From the NCBI RefSeq assembly GCF_964204645.1, contig NC_134032.1:4922175-4986174 (forward strand): a DNA stretch of 64,000 nt. Reading direction: 5' to 3'. The notes beneath the pieces were generated by a model. It was not told where the DNA came from, ran no database searches, and saw only the letters and a program-made list of their open reading frames with translations. Position numbers and translations under genes: made by a program. This document shows positions 35,949-48,798 of this stretch, piece by piece. Source of the DNA: Tubulanus polymorphus. Lineage: Eukaryota; Animalia; Nemertea. Numbering within the stretch: position 1 is the stretch's first letter; each line of letters begins with the position of its first letter.

Positions 35949-36620
35949 CTTATTGTAATCCATTAATAATAATTTAGATTTAGTTTCAATGGCTTTATGA
36001 TTTGACTTATTTTCTGGTATGATAGGTTTATTATCATTGCAATCATTATTGTTATAATCAGATTTATACTTATATTTATATATTACACCGGATAATATAA
36101 TAACTGTTACTAATCCAATTGTAATATATAATTTATAATTACTTCCAGCATTAGAAGAATCAGATGGATTATTATTTGAATCAATATCAGGTGATTCATT
36201 TATATCAGTTAATTTCTTTTTCTTAGCTTTTTTTAATTCTGAAGATCTTTTACCTAATTCTCTTGCCCATTTAATTTGTTTTTCAGATCTAGCCTTTTTC
36301 TTAACGCTATCACTCATTTATTTTAGTTAATTTTTGTTCTGATTCGTTTTCTGTATCGACGTTTGGTTGTAGTACATCTGTTTCGTTCTTACCTGATTTA
36401 TATTCCATAGGTTTGATGTTCGAAAATGTTATGACGCCAGTAGAAATCAATGTCATAACCGATCCTAATTGAAATGAAGCATATCCAACCCATTTTTGTA
36501 ATTCAGTCATAACTAAGTAGTCATTTTTCAAATCATTATATAATTTATTTTCATCATCAATTGGTATTAACCGGTTACATAACTTAGAATAACATTTGAC
36601 AATACCATCTGAAATAGAAT
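35949..36620 (-). pseudogene. Homologs of the 117-aa TM gene (start 36317) and the 3' half of the 196-aa gene
   Basis: RSEKQIKWARELG; LKNDYLVMTELQKWVGY...STGVITFSNI. Confidence 0.8.
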
Positions 36621-37628
36621 TTCAGAATTAAAAAAGCTAAGAAAAAGAAATTAACTGATATAAATGAATCACATATTATTGATTCAAATAATAATCCATC
36701 TGATTCGTCTAATGCTGGAAGTAATTATAAATTATATATTACAATTGGATTAGTAACAGTTATTATATTCTCTGGTGTACTATATAAATATAAGTATAAA
36801 TCTGATTATAACAATAATGATTCCAATGATAATAAACCTATCATACCAGAAAATAAGTCAAATCATAAAGCCATTGAAACTAAATCTAAATTATTATTAA
36901 TGGATTAAAATAAGATGAAAAAGAACAATATTTAAGAGAGTTATATTATAACCCAGAAAGTGAAGTATCATACTCTAACGTTACAGAATTATGGGGTAAA
37001 ATTAAATCTGATAAGGAAAATGGCAATATAAAATATAGTGAATTAAAATCATGGTTACAAAATCAACCAACATATCAAATCCACAAGAAAATGGATAAAA
37101 CTTATTTAACAAGAAAAGTTATGGTTTCATATATTGATCAACAATGGCAAGCTGATTTAATTGACATGAAGAACTTAGAGGAATACAACAAAGGATATTT
37201 CTGGATATTAAATGTTATAGACATATTCAGTCGATACGCATGGTCAATTCCAATCAAAAATAAAACTGGTATAGAAGTAACAAATGCTTTTAAATCTATA
37301 TTTAAAGAAGCTATTCCAGATAAGATACAATTTGATGAAGGTAAGGAATTTTATAACAAACATTTTAAAAAACTATTATCTGATAACGATGTAAAATATT
37401 TTTCAACACACTCAGATAAAAAAGCATCTATTATAGAAAGATTTAATAAAACATTGAAAACTAGAATGTGGAAATATTTTACTGCTAATGAAACATATAA
37501 ATATATCGATGTGTTAGATGATGTGGTGAAAGGTTATAATAATTCTAAACATAGTTCTATAAATATGAAACCTATACAAGCTAGAAAAGAAGATAATTCA
37601 GAAATAGTTTGGAACAATTTATATGGTG

Positions 37629-40600
37629 CACGTACGACAATACGAATCTTGCCAACTTTAATTATTGATCGTATTAATCGATATCGCGCACTGAGCTTCG
37701 CGCCATTTTGTGCTAATGCTGTGAGATATAGACTTGGAGTGACTCGGGAGTGCTCCGAATACATCGTCAGTAAATGTGGGATTCGAACCTAATATGATTA
37801 GATCTTTAGTAAACATCCGCCACTAGTTTGTAGAATTTTCGGAATTTCTATTAACATTCTCGTTTTTTGTCAATCCTGAATTTCGTAACCCGGAAATAAA
37901 ATTTTCGACATTTTCTATCCATACAATAGGCCTAACTTAAAAAAAACAAAATGTGACGAACTAGATATTAGTATGTAGTTTCTATAACTATGTACTTTTA
38001 TGGGTCTCTGTCATTGTATAATGTCAAAAAAGTGACACTCGTCTGTAAATTTGCACAATTATTAAACAATTTTTTGGCGCCCATAATAATCGTTTTACGT
38101 TTCGTCTTTTTACATTGTTCATAGTCACTAAACTGCTTATTTCTACTGTTAAGTTTTTTAAACAGTTGATTGAGTTCAATTAGATTTCATTCTGTTCAAG
38201 TGAAATTGTGTCCTTGTTAAAAAAGAAGTGAAAATTAAGATGGTATTCAAAATCAAGCAAAATTAAATTTTATTCGACAGAGTTATGTTTAACGCAGGAG
38301 CTTTTATGTGTTAATAGTGATATGTCTTCAACTTCAAAATAACCCATTCTCATAGACAGCAAAAATGACACTTATATAGGCCTAAACTAGAAATTGTTGC
38401 AGTCTAGGTGGGCGAGTGATAGGCCTCTATCGTCTACTATAGTTTCTCGAGCCTTGGCGCTTATCAAGTCTGTCTATTTCATATAGTATAAGCCTTTAAC
38501 GGCTTTTCGACCTTGTAAAATTACCGAATCAAATACATGTAGTTTGATTGATGTATAGGCCTAGGTCCTTTGCATATGAGGTCTCTCGGGCCTCCAAATG
38601 GTAATAACTATTGGTACATTTTTTTGTAATTGTAGATGTATTTGTCATAGTCGGAATAGATTTGTCATTCAACATAGTCGGGTTCGTCATAAAGGATTGA
38701 GCAGAGTCGTAATCGATGAAGGGATTCAGTAATCGTTGAACACAGGGGTAAGTTTCGGAGTCGTTATCGTTTAACGGAGTCGCAATTGTTAAACGGAAGC
38801 GTAATCATTGAACGGAGTCGTAGTCGCTGAACGGAGTCGTAATCGTTTAACGTAGTCGCTGAACGGAGTCGTAGTCGCTGAACGGAGTCGTAATCGTTGA
38901 ACAGAGTCGTAATCGTTAAAAGAGTCGTAGTCGCTGAACGGAGTCGTAATCGTTGAACGGAGTCGTAGTCGCTGAACGGAGTCGTAATCGTTTAACGTAG
39001 TCGCTGAACGGAGTCGTAGTCGCTGAACGGAGTCATAATCGTTGAACGGAGTCGTAGTCGCTGAATGGAGTCGTAATCATTTAACGGAAGCGTAGTTGCT
39101 GAACGGAGTCGTAATCGATGAACAGAGTCGTAGTCGTTAAACGAGTCGTAATCGTTGAACGAAGTTGTAATCGTCAAGCCTAGTCGTAATCATTGAAGGG
39201 ATTCAGTAATTGTTGAACACAGGGGTAAGTCAATGGATTTAAAGAAATTTTTAGGCCTATAGTTAGAACATACATTGATATATTGTATAATTGATTTTTG
39301 TAGGTCAGAAAGCAGTAGACCGCGAGCCCTGGGGCAGGGTAGCTGGGAAGGTTACCAGTATGTTGGGTTCTGCAAGAAAGATCTACTATGGTACAGCGAG
39401 GAAAAAAATATCATTTAAAGAAAAAATGGCTAAGCTTCATAGTAAGTGATTCTGCAGCATTTTGTATTGGATGTTTATAATTTATTTCTATTGTTCATTA
39501 CATTATGACTCTACCCTGATTATTATTTTGGAAAGTTGCTCTGATAATTAAAAATGACTTATGGCAAAGATTTCTTAATTCCGCAATTGGTGGTAACCTT
39601 GTGAATTAATGCCAAAAAATCAAGTCAATTGTATTTGAAAGATTGTAAATTCAATGGAACTGTTGTTCTAACAAACTCCGGTATATAATAGTTTGTGAAA
39701 AATATAATTCGCAATAATAGGAATACTGCTGGTTATAGCAGACAGTCAATTTACCGATCAATTTTGTTAATTGCTATGAAGTTTATTTTGACAATGTTCC
39801 ATCGAATGTTTGTTAAAGACTAGTTGATAAAAATTCAAGTTGATCAATTCTCTAATTTTACATATGTTGACTGTTTTTTTCTTTTACACATCCATCATTT
39901 TCAATTCATATTGTTGTTTCAATAAAAACCTTTCAAAAATTATATATGACTGTGTTTGTCTTTCTTAGCCATCTAATTCAAGAAAGGTTACTTGGGGTTC
40001 TTGGATCAAATTTATAGCAGGATGGTAATTTTATTCATAAAGAATGTATCTGGATCGAAATATTCCTCTAACATATCGTATATTATGGGTACCCTGTGTA
40101 TAAATTATTTACAATAAGTGAAAGGAAATGAGTCTCAGGATAAAGTTTTTGTAAAAGAAGTGTGGTTCTGACAGCTGTATTATAAAGGTGAGTTTCTTGA
40201 CTATTTCAAAGTTCATTTTCAAACTAACTTGAGTCTGTCCTTGAGTGAAATTGAAGTTTGTTACAGGACAATTGTTAGTCAAAATAGTGTTCCAAAAGTG
40301 GTAGCATTTGACATGGTGAAATATCTAATTATCACTAACAATTTCTATCTGATGACAGACTGGTTAATTTTTCTTTTGCCTAATTAATCATTTAATTTCC
40401 TCTGCATGCAACATACCAACAAATTTAAAACTATTCCATTTTCAGGAAGTGGTAGACATAGAATTTATTGAAATCATTGTTTCACAATAGACAAATTGCG
40501 TCAAACTAAATACATGTATTACCTTATATATAATTAATTAAAAGCAAAAAATGCTGATACCTTTATGTTTTAAATTGTAATATTACAACATGTTAGTTGC

Positions 40601-41978
40601 ATTAACAGTTTTTAAAGTACGCTCGTGCAAGCTGCACCATATAAATTTTATTTACAATAATTACTGGGTTGTACCTTAAGTTTTTATCCAATGAGTTGAA
40701 TGTTCTTTCAATCAATCTAACAGGCTCTAGGAGAAAATCAGCGAAAAGTGACATGCAGTTGGCAGATGAAAGCAATAAAACACTTTTAACCGCAACCCCT
40801 TCTCCGATACCAAATAATATCGATTTCCTAAAAGGTCACGATGAGTGCGCGAAGCTTATTCTTAATATTGCTCTAGAGATGTTCGTGAATTGTTCAAATC
40901 GCGATATCCAACGTACGACACTAGTTCGGCACTTTATGCAACTAAGTCGAATAAGCGTAGTCCAATTGTCCGTAAATGCCAGTGCGGATTTTTCTCAAAA
41001 ATATCGTCTCCGATACGAGGCGGTAAATCTGAAATAACAAGATTTTTCAATAAATAATACACTAAAAAGTCATAAAAATTATTTACGGATATTGTTCTAC
41101 TTGCGAGCAGGGCTTTCATGCTTGTATTGTTATGAGAATGGCGATCGATTAAAATTACTTGAATAGCTTTGTCTGTCCCCTTTGAAAAACATTTGCTGTC
41201 TTAAAAAAACCTGTAATATATAATATGATAGGGCTTACGAAATGTACTGGAGGCTTTAGGCCTAGATTGACTATAATCGCACGGCGTCGATTGCCACAGA
41301 TTATCAGATTATCGCCCACTCTCTAGGCCTACCTGACAATATTACAACTCTTACTACAATTCATTCTGGTCACAACCCATCCCTGCTTCTACTGCCCCGA
41401 AAAAACAAATAACTGAGGGAATTTACTAGCCTGGGACGGGTCAAATTATCTGACAGTTTGCACTTCAATACATGAAATAGGCCCATCGATGGAGCTAGGC
41501 CTGAAGGTGAATGCGGTTAACTGTTGATACGAATCTTTTTTTTTTCATTATGGGTTGACATCTTAACAGAATTACTTCAATATAAGCCGCAGTCTGAGTT
41601 AAGAATTTGAAGTGGAAATATTTCCGGGTTTCAGCGAACCCGGAAATAAGTAAACAAATTCAGTCGTATTTTTACATTTATTGGGTCAACATGCAGCAAA
41701 CATACACCATTAACGGCCACAAACGTAATTCTTTACTTACATTAACAAATGACACCCATTAAACCAACTGGAATGGTTTCAAAGGCAACCGATTCATGAT
41801 ACACTCCGATATTTTAACTATCGTGTCTAGCGAGGATGACTCCACGTCTTGCTGAAGATCGTGATCGCGCGCAATAGATTTGTTCGCGGCCACCGAATAA
41901 TATTGATTTCCTTAAAGGTCACAACAATTACGCGAAACTTCACGGTCTCTTATTCTTAGCATTGTCTGTACGTACGTG
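37629..41978. mobile_element. Non-autonomous DNA transposon, Chapaev/CMC-like
   Basis: CACGTACG...CGTACGTG termini and 4-bp TSD GGTG (37625-37628, 41979-41982); the empty site is seen in the left arm; no intact transposase recognised. Confidence 0.7.
38700..39230. repeat. Minisatellite, ~18-bp unit GAACGGAGTCGTA(A/G)TCG(T/C)T
   Basis: Direct tandem array with no unique spacers. Confidence 0.9.
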
Positions 41979-42350
41979 GGTGCGTTTGTTACACATGATT
42001 TTGGTGAACCTAAATTTAAAATAGGACAACATGTTAGAATATCTAAATAAAGAAAAACATTTATAAAGGTTATACCCCAAATTTTACTGAAGAAATATTC
42101 AAGATTAAAAAGATAATATTAACTAAACCATTTGTTTATAAATAAGAAGATTTAAAAGATGAAGAAATATTAGGTTATTTCTATGAACAAGAATTATCAC
42201 TTGTACCAAATCCAGATGAAATAGAATACAAAATAGAAAAAGTATTGAAAACAAAAACTCTTAAAGGAAAAAAGTATTCTTTGGTGAAATATAAAGGATA
42301 CGATGATAAATTTAATGAATGGATTTTATCTAGTAAAATTAAAAGAATAA

Positions 42351-42962
42351 ATGAATAAAGATTTATTTATATTTGAACCGCATAACATGTTAGTTACTGG
42401 AGTAACCAATTGTGGTAAAACACATTTCGTATTAGACTTGTTAGAAACTATTTATAAGAATCATTTTGATAATATAATATTATTTTGTCCTACTTATGAA
42501 ATGAATAAAACATATAATAGAGATATAGTTAAGATGAAAAAGTTTATTATATTAGATCCTAAAACAGTAAAAGAAAATTTAGATAATTGTATTAAAATAG
42601 CAATTGATACTTATAAAGGATCAAATACATTATTCATTATAGATGATTGCGCAAATTTACATGATTCAAAAGTGAGAGAAAGTGAGTTATGTTATTTAGC
42701 TTTCTCTGGGAGACATTTTGGGATAACAACATGGATTTTAAATCAAAAATATAATTCAATTGTTAAGGACTTTAGGGAGAGTATAAGATTTCTAGTTTTA
42801 TTTTATAACATAGATAAAAAATCTATGCAACAATCATTGGAAGAAAATCAAATTATACCCACTGAATTACATGATGATTATATGAATAAATTAAAGAATG
42901 ATAAAGGTTCAAAATTATTACTAAGACTACAATTTCCATATGAATATAAATTTATAAAATAA
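42351..42962 (+). CDS. Packaging ATPase (A32/FtsK-like), right-arm copy
   Basis: Near-identical to 34260-34871; TAAATG start. Confidence 0.9.
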   Translation: MNKDLFIFEPHNMLVTGVTNCGKTHFVLDLLETIYKNHFDNIILFCPTYEMNKTYNRDIVKMKKFIILDPKTVKENLDNCIKIAIDTYKGSNTLFIIDDCANLHDSKVRESELCYLAFSGRHFGITTWILNQKYNSIVKDFRESIRFLVLFYNIDKKSMQQSLEENQIIPTELHDDYMNKLKNDKGSKLLLRLQFPYEYKFIK

Positions 42963-43052
42963 CTATTTATATATCTATGCTATAAGAGCTTACACTTTTA
43001 TATTGAATAATCTGTCAATTTAAATGTTATTCATGTATATGATTATTTTAAG

Positions 43053-43460
43053 AGTAATAGGGGTAATCGGTTTTCAGGTTAAAGGTTGAATGGTCGAGTT
43101 CATTAAAAACAAACATTAAAAGTAATTTAAAACTATAATATATTTTCATAACCGTGTGCATTTCAGTTGAATAATAGAATAATAATTATTATTAGAATAT
43201 ATTTGATTATATGAATTTGTGTATTGTAAATAAATCAATTGGTCGCGGAGCGGAGCGGTAGCGAAGTGGAGCGACCAATTGATTTAATACAATATGCTTT
43301 TTAAATTTAAATTATTGATATCTTAGAATAAATATTTAGTTATAATATAAAATGCACACGGTTATGAAAATATATTATAGTTTTAAATTACTTTTAATGT
43401 TTGTTTTTAATGAGCTCGACTGTTCGACCTTTGGCTTGAAAGCCCATTACCCCTATTACT
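43053..43460. repeat. Right terminal self-complementary hairpin of Polinton 2 (408 bp)
   Basis: Reverse complement of 33765-34169 with a 3-nt indel. Confidence 0.9.
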
Positions 43461-43886
43461 AACATACTACTGATTCAGATTATCCAGTTCAAAACGGTTT
43501 ATTCGGCCTTCGTCGTCGTCTCCCTCTGCCTCTGGTCTGGGTCCATCGCCGTTTCGCTTCGGTTCTGCCTCCAGTTTATATAAATACGGCCCGATCATTA
43601 ATTCGTCACTTGTTTCCTGCCATTCAAATTCACTAAGCGATTCATCTGAATTTGATATAAATTGAAATATTTTCCGATTTTTCAAATTGTCAATCTAAAG
43701 AATTTTCTTCTATCCAATAAAATGATTCATTATAGTGTATACTTTAATGAATCATTTTATTGGATAGTAGAAAAATCTTATAAAAGTGTCAGTTACCCAT
43801 TAAACGAAATCCCTATTCTAGTATACTGTTGCTTGTAGTATATTATTGTTATCGTTATTATGGGGTCGTAAAGTATTTCATATTTA

Positions 43887-44660
43887 TATTTTTTATCCCC
43901 GCGCGCGGCTTAGGCCGCGGGCGGGGACTTGTTATCCGCCTCCGCCCGTCTGTCAGTCCGCATGAGCTTGTGAACGCGATTAAAGAAGAACCTTTGATCG
44001 CAGGACTATGATATTACACAGTATGATTACCCCTAGTGATTTGGGGTCCAATGGTCAAGGTCACTACAGGTCATTGGTGTGAAAGCCTTGTGAAGGCGAT
44101 TCAAGAAAAACCGTTGATAGCAAGACCATGATATTACGTATTAAGATTACCCCTAGGGAGAGGATGTGCCCTATTGATTTTGGGATACATGAATCAAAGG
44201 TAAAGGTCACTACAGGCAATTCATTTGAAACCTTGTGAACGCGATTCTAGAAGAACCGTTGAACGCGGGACTATGATATTACACGGTGTGATTCCACCTA
44301 GGCAGGGGATGTGCCACATTGATTTTGTGACCCAGGATCAAAGGTCAAGGCCACTACAGGTCATTCATGTGAAACCTTGTAATCACGATTCAAGGAGAAC
44401 CATTGATAACAGGACAATGCTATTTCATAGTATGATTACCCCTTGGGATTATTCATTTTGGAGTTCTAGGGTCAAAAGCCAGATCAGTAGATATCTTTTG
44501 TCTAAATCCCTGTAAACTCAATTCTTAAATTACGATTGATAGCAGTACATTGATATTTCATAGTATGGTTATCCCAGGATACACTCATCATTTTTCGATA
44601 TAAAAGATCAATTTCTTCAGGGCCATCCCTACTGGCGATCGCAGGGGACGTAAATGCGTA
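43887..44660 (+). mobile_element. Helentron-associated (HINE/DINE-like) non-autonomous element with ~120-bp internal tandem repeats
   Basis: T-run start tttttatccccgcg, short CCGT/CTGT-like tract, repeated GAAACCTTGTGAACGCGATT...AAGGTCAAGGTCAC units. Confidence 0.5.
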
Positions 44661-46455
44661 GTATCAAATTGCCGTGGTATAATTATTATGATTACCTTTA
44701 TCTTGATTGATATTATTATTATTTTTATTAGGATAATTATTTTTGATTTAATTACTACGATATGGAAATACTGTCAAAATTAAAATAGCATTTTTGACGC
44801 ATCAATCGACGCATCAAACGACGCATCAAATTCACTTCAATCAAAATCTTATCTCATTTCATAATGTTATAAAGATCTATATGATCCATATGGTTTTGGT
44901 TAAGGTTAGGTTGAGGGACATGTGTAGGTAAAACATTCCAATTGTATTTCGCTGCCTTGGTGGACTAGCAGTGTCACTGTGCTAGTGCAGGCCTGAGTTC
45001 GAATGCTGTTCTTTTCTCCATGTTGTATCTTTTTCTACAGTTCTTTTTAGTCGTGAGATTAGTGTAGCATTCTAATCAGAGCAAATTGCTATGGGCAAAA
45101 TAGAACAGGAATAATGGCCCGGCGGTGATCCTGTAACCAAAAACTGACCTGATCAGTATCAAGATGGCCGACTGCCGAAATCAGCAATTTTCACACATCA
45201 TTTTCTAATTTTCAAAGGAGATTTTGAAGCCATGCTTTGATCAATCAATCATTCTTATATTTCTATCTACCAAGTGCCAATCAGCTTACGAAATGGGTCT
45301 GTCGGTCACAAGTCGACCTTTTTCGTTACCGAAAAGGTCGACTGATTTTGGCTATACGTTTTTGCTCTTTACGAACCTTATTAGGCACTAAGGTTCGTAG
45401 TGTAATTCATGCCTGAATTCAGAGACCTTCATCCATTCCTTGTAAGGGTTTGATTCCCTACCGCCAACATAAACTCTGCAATGCTCAACCCTTAAATGGT
45501 CTAATAAGTGATTAAGGTTTCTTTGGACAGGTTGCTAAGCGACCACCAGTCTGTAATGTATATTATTTAACAATAATACATTAAATTGTAACAGCTGCCG
45601 CGAAACGAAGAGCTTTCGAAGTAGCGGCGGGTCTGGGAATGGCGAGACCCGAGGGACCAGGGCCCCTTCCCCTCAAAGTACCGAGCGATTATTTTTTATT
45701 TTCCCAAATATTGACGAGCCCCGGCTTGAGAGTTGGGTTTATAATCGACTCACTTCCTCTTGTATTAGTTCTAGAATGCAGAAAACTGCACAATTATGCA
45801 CATCGAATTTGAAATACATGTATTTTGACGGGATGACCCTCAGATCCCCGACCCTCCATTCGCACCTAATACAAGATAGCCCTAGATCCACCCTTGCGAA
45901 GGACAGGCAGAGCAATAGATGCTTATGAAATGTATTATGAAATATGTTAAATTTGAATAAAGGGAATTTGACGCGTCGTTTGACGCGCCGATTGTCGTCG
46001 ATTGATGCGTCGTATGGTGCGTCGCTTTTCCCATCAACTTCACTGCATGATGAAGGACAAAATGTATTATTGACTAAATCAATGTTAACTTAGAAAATAC
46101 TTGAATTAGGTGTATATCACAATTTGTATTTTTTCTATTTTACAATGTTGAGTAATGTTGAAAATTATTTTATCCACAAAAGATGTACAAAAGGTAGTGA
46201 CCCCCCCACCCCCCTCTTTCAAGATGGAAAACCATATTAGAGAAAACTCCCCACCCCCTTGTCCACAAAAGTGCGTGAAATCAAAACATATTTTTTTATG
46301 GAGAGCCCCGAGATAAAATGTGTTCTTAATCAACTTGGCACTTTATCAACTACTGTTTCCGGGCCTGCGTATATTCGATCTTTAAACTTTAAGATCCCGC
46401 ATTAAGTTTCTCGTATACGGGGCATGTGTTTGACTGACGGCTGTTTAATTTACAG

Positions 46456-46695
46456 TCTAGCGCTGACAAAACGGTAACGCTGATCGCAAGTGAAGGTGGC
46501 AGCGCGATTGCATATAAGTGTGACGTCACAAATTATGATGAAGTTCAACATGTGGCAGCACAAGTGACACGTGACATGGGAAGGGTTAATATATTGGTAA
46601 ACAACGCTGGAATTCTGCATGGTTTGGATATCATCAGCTTGAACGAACAGCAAATTAAAAACACCTTCAATGTGAACAACATTGCTCAATTCTGG
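46456..46695 (+). CDS. Host SDR, second coding exon
   Basis: tttacag| acceptor, then SSADKTV...YKCDVT...ILVNNAGI...FNVNNIAQFW, |GTAAGT donor; 240 nt, in phase with exon 1. Later exons are not in the window. Confidence 0.9.
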
Positions 46696-47827
46696 GTAAG
46701 TGTCATCTTCCCTCGGCATGGATTGAAGTTGCATAACAACTGCCAAGAATCCCTGCTTCCGTACTTCGCCCGAGTGCGCGGCTTCATGCACATCATAGAT
46801 GATGTTATCATAAGCCAATCAGTAAACTTTGTTTTATCTCAGCACGGTTTGAACTGAATTTTTCGTTATCCATAAAATTTGCTTCAACCAACATACCACA
46901 GGAAGCCAGGCGCCACACCTCAGCTACGCATATCCATACAGTTAGTCTCGATCAAATTTTAGGATAAAGCTGATATAAAGAAAGTTATAACATACGTATT
47001 AACTCCGTGCACGTACAGAACTGACTGAAAATAATAGTGACATTACTGCTAGTAGTGCTAGGAACCGCGTTTCCAACGTTACTTTTTCCTAGCGACTAAC
47101 CGAGGTACTAGACACATTTGCCAATAAATACATTGTCGTGGGCCAACCTGTACTCTGGGTACTACTGATTTGACTGGATCGTATGAGCCAAGAAAAGAGC
47201 AATTCGCTGAAATTGAGCACTTCTTTGACCATCACTTATGGCTATCCTTTTTAGCTCACTTATGAAAGTGTCGCTAATTCAATACTATGTGACCAGTTAT
47301 CAATGGGAGTAAATAATAACCTATTCACAGGTAGGTGAATGAATTATTACAACATTGATTTAGATATAGTAATATCATCCATTGAGTGAACACGACGTAA
47401 TGGAATGGAACATTTTTTCATTGTTAGTATTGTGTGAGAACTAGATTTTTTTATGCCCTGTAATAAAGTCAATCTGTTTCGAAAGAAAGAGCGGAATGAG
47501 CGCCTCGCCATACGACGTCCTGACTCGAGGAGTGTCAATGGTGTCGCTATTACCAGAATTCACTATAATAGAAACGTATAGGAAAAGATGAGTACAACTG
47601 TTAAGAAAGTGCACTCGTCAGTATTGAATATTTTCGGGAAGGTTATAGGTCACATAATAACAGACGCTACATTAACGACATTACATTGATAAACACATGC
47701 TCAACTGATTGATGCTAGTCAAGTATCTGATAAAGTAAATATAGATGATTAAGTTTTATCTAAATTACCCATCAGGAAGAACTCCATTGATTAGATTCTA
47801 CTGTTATTTGAACCAGATGACGACGGT

Positions 47828-48798
47828 TGTTATAGGGAATATGGGGGTTCAGATCAAAGGTCGAAGGGTCCAGCAAATAAAAAATAAAAAATAAATTCTC
47901 GCACACTCGAATTTATTTTCATTTTTTACTCTCTCGCCCCTTCAACCTTTAACCTGAACCCCCATATCCCCTATTACTCCTACAATTCAAAGATATCGAT
48001 TTACATGAATTAGAAAAATATTCTACAATTAAAAATTTTATTCAAGATTTGATTAGAACTGCGCATTTTCGTTTTCAAGTGAATAGTATTACTGAATTAA
48101 TGTTTAAAAATCATTATCTTATGATAGAGTTATCGAATGAAAAAGATAAAATCGTTTTCAATACAATAATTCCAAAATTCACAACATTTGATGAAATAGA
48201 TTAACATCTAATGATTACAGAAATACAATCACTTTTTAATGATGAAAATTCACATAAAACATTATTTTTACACAAACGTTATTGCCCTTTCGGAAAATGT
48301 TATGTATTATTTTTCAGAGTAGAAGAAAATAGATTCATCCCCGACATTCCAATTGAAAAATCATTCAAAGATGTGGGAATTCAATGTGAATTAGATAATA
48401 ATAATTCTTATAAAGATGTTGGAATTCAATGTAATTTAGACAATAAAATCGGGACACCTAAATATGAACCTAATTAAAAAGTGTTATGTAATTGTGGAAA
48501 ATATTATACTCGAAGCAATAAATCACACCATCTTAAATCAAAATATGATAACTCAAAAATAATAATTCAACTCTAAATATTCAAAATAAGATATTTCAAA
48601 TTACTATATATGAATATGAATATATACATACATGAATATCATAAGGAGTAATATGGAATATGGGGGTTCAGGTTAAAGGTTGAAGGGGCGAGTGAGTAAA
48701 AAATAAAAAATAAATTCGAGTGTGCGAGAATTTTTTTTTCATTTTCTATGAGCTCGACCCTTCGACCTTTGATCTGAACCCCCATATTCCCTATTACT
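47828..48798 (+). mobile_element. Mini-Polinton (971 bp, non-autonomous) with ~151-bp hairpin TIRs
   Basis: TSD GACGGT (47822-47827, 48799-48804); TIRs 47828-47978 and 48647-48798, each self-complementary and homologous to the Polinton 1 and 2 termini. Confidence 0.9.
47980..48576 (+). pseudogene. 5'-truncated Polinton ORF with tandem KDVGIQC motifs and a C-terminal zinc finger
   Basis: One frame with two internal stops; ends KVLCNCGKYYTRSNKSHHLKSK. Confidence 0.6.

Larger units (their letters stand above)
36915..42358 (+). pseudogene. int: rve integrase, right-arm copy, split by a 4.35-kb insertion
   Basis: ...EIVWNNLYGA at ~37630 resumes as (G)AFVTHDFGEPKF at 41979. Confidence 0.9.
33765..43460. 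mobile_element. Polinton 2: palindromic (snap-back) defective derivative
   Basis: AGTAATAGGGG...CCCCTATTACT termini, TSD AACATA (33759-33764, 43461-43466); 33765-36243 is the reverse complement of 36621-43460 once the 37629-41982 insertion is removed. Confidence 0.93.
33116..43685 (-). pseudogene. KolX (P2X7 cytoplasmic-ballast-like) accessory gene of Kolobok; intron occupied by Polinton 2
   Basis: 5' exon IGPYLY (~43470-43685); exon ~33510-33116 with CQCGHC...ECVCC, CLNPWVL, RHRAYRSFVRW..GYLGKENR..LPACV..IR; frameshifted. Confidence 0.75.
11184..43799 (+). mobile_element. Kolobok DNA transposon, inflated by nested insertions
   Basis: TTAA|AGGGTAACTGACACTTTT ... AAAAGTGTCAGTTACCCA|TTAA (18-bp TIR with 1 mismatch, TTAA TSD); THAP-DDE transposase on + and P2X7-ballast-like KolX on - in convergent arrangement. 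Confidence 0.85.

Noticed and set aside
35628-36317. 229-aa TM-protein/integrase fusion ORF
   Set aside because: The right-arm copy has TAA where this arm has TAC, so the fusion is a stop-loss mutation.
38700-39230. CRISPR-like array
   Set aside because: Contiguous 18-bp tandem units with no unique spacers, eukaryotic context and no cas genes.
43699-43780. ~80-bp AT-rich hairpin near the Kolobok right end
   Set aside because: Single occurrence with no link to the Polinton hairpins; likely a local repair or deletion scar.
44790-46027. Inverted GACGCATCAA-repeat ends suggesting a non-autonomous DNA transposon
   Set aside because: Inverted similarity is visible, but exact termini and a TSD could not be fixed.
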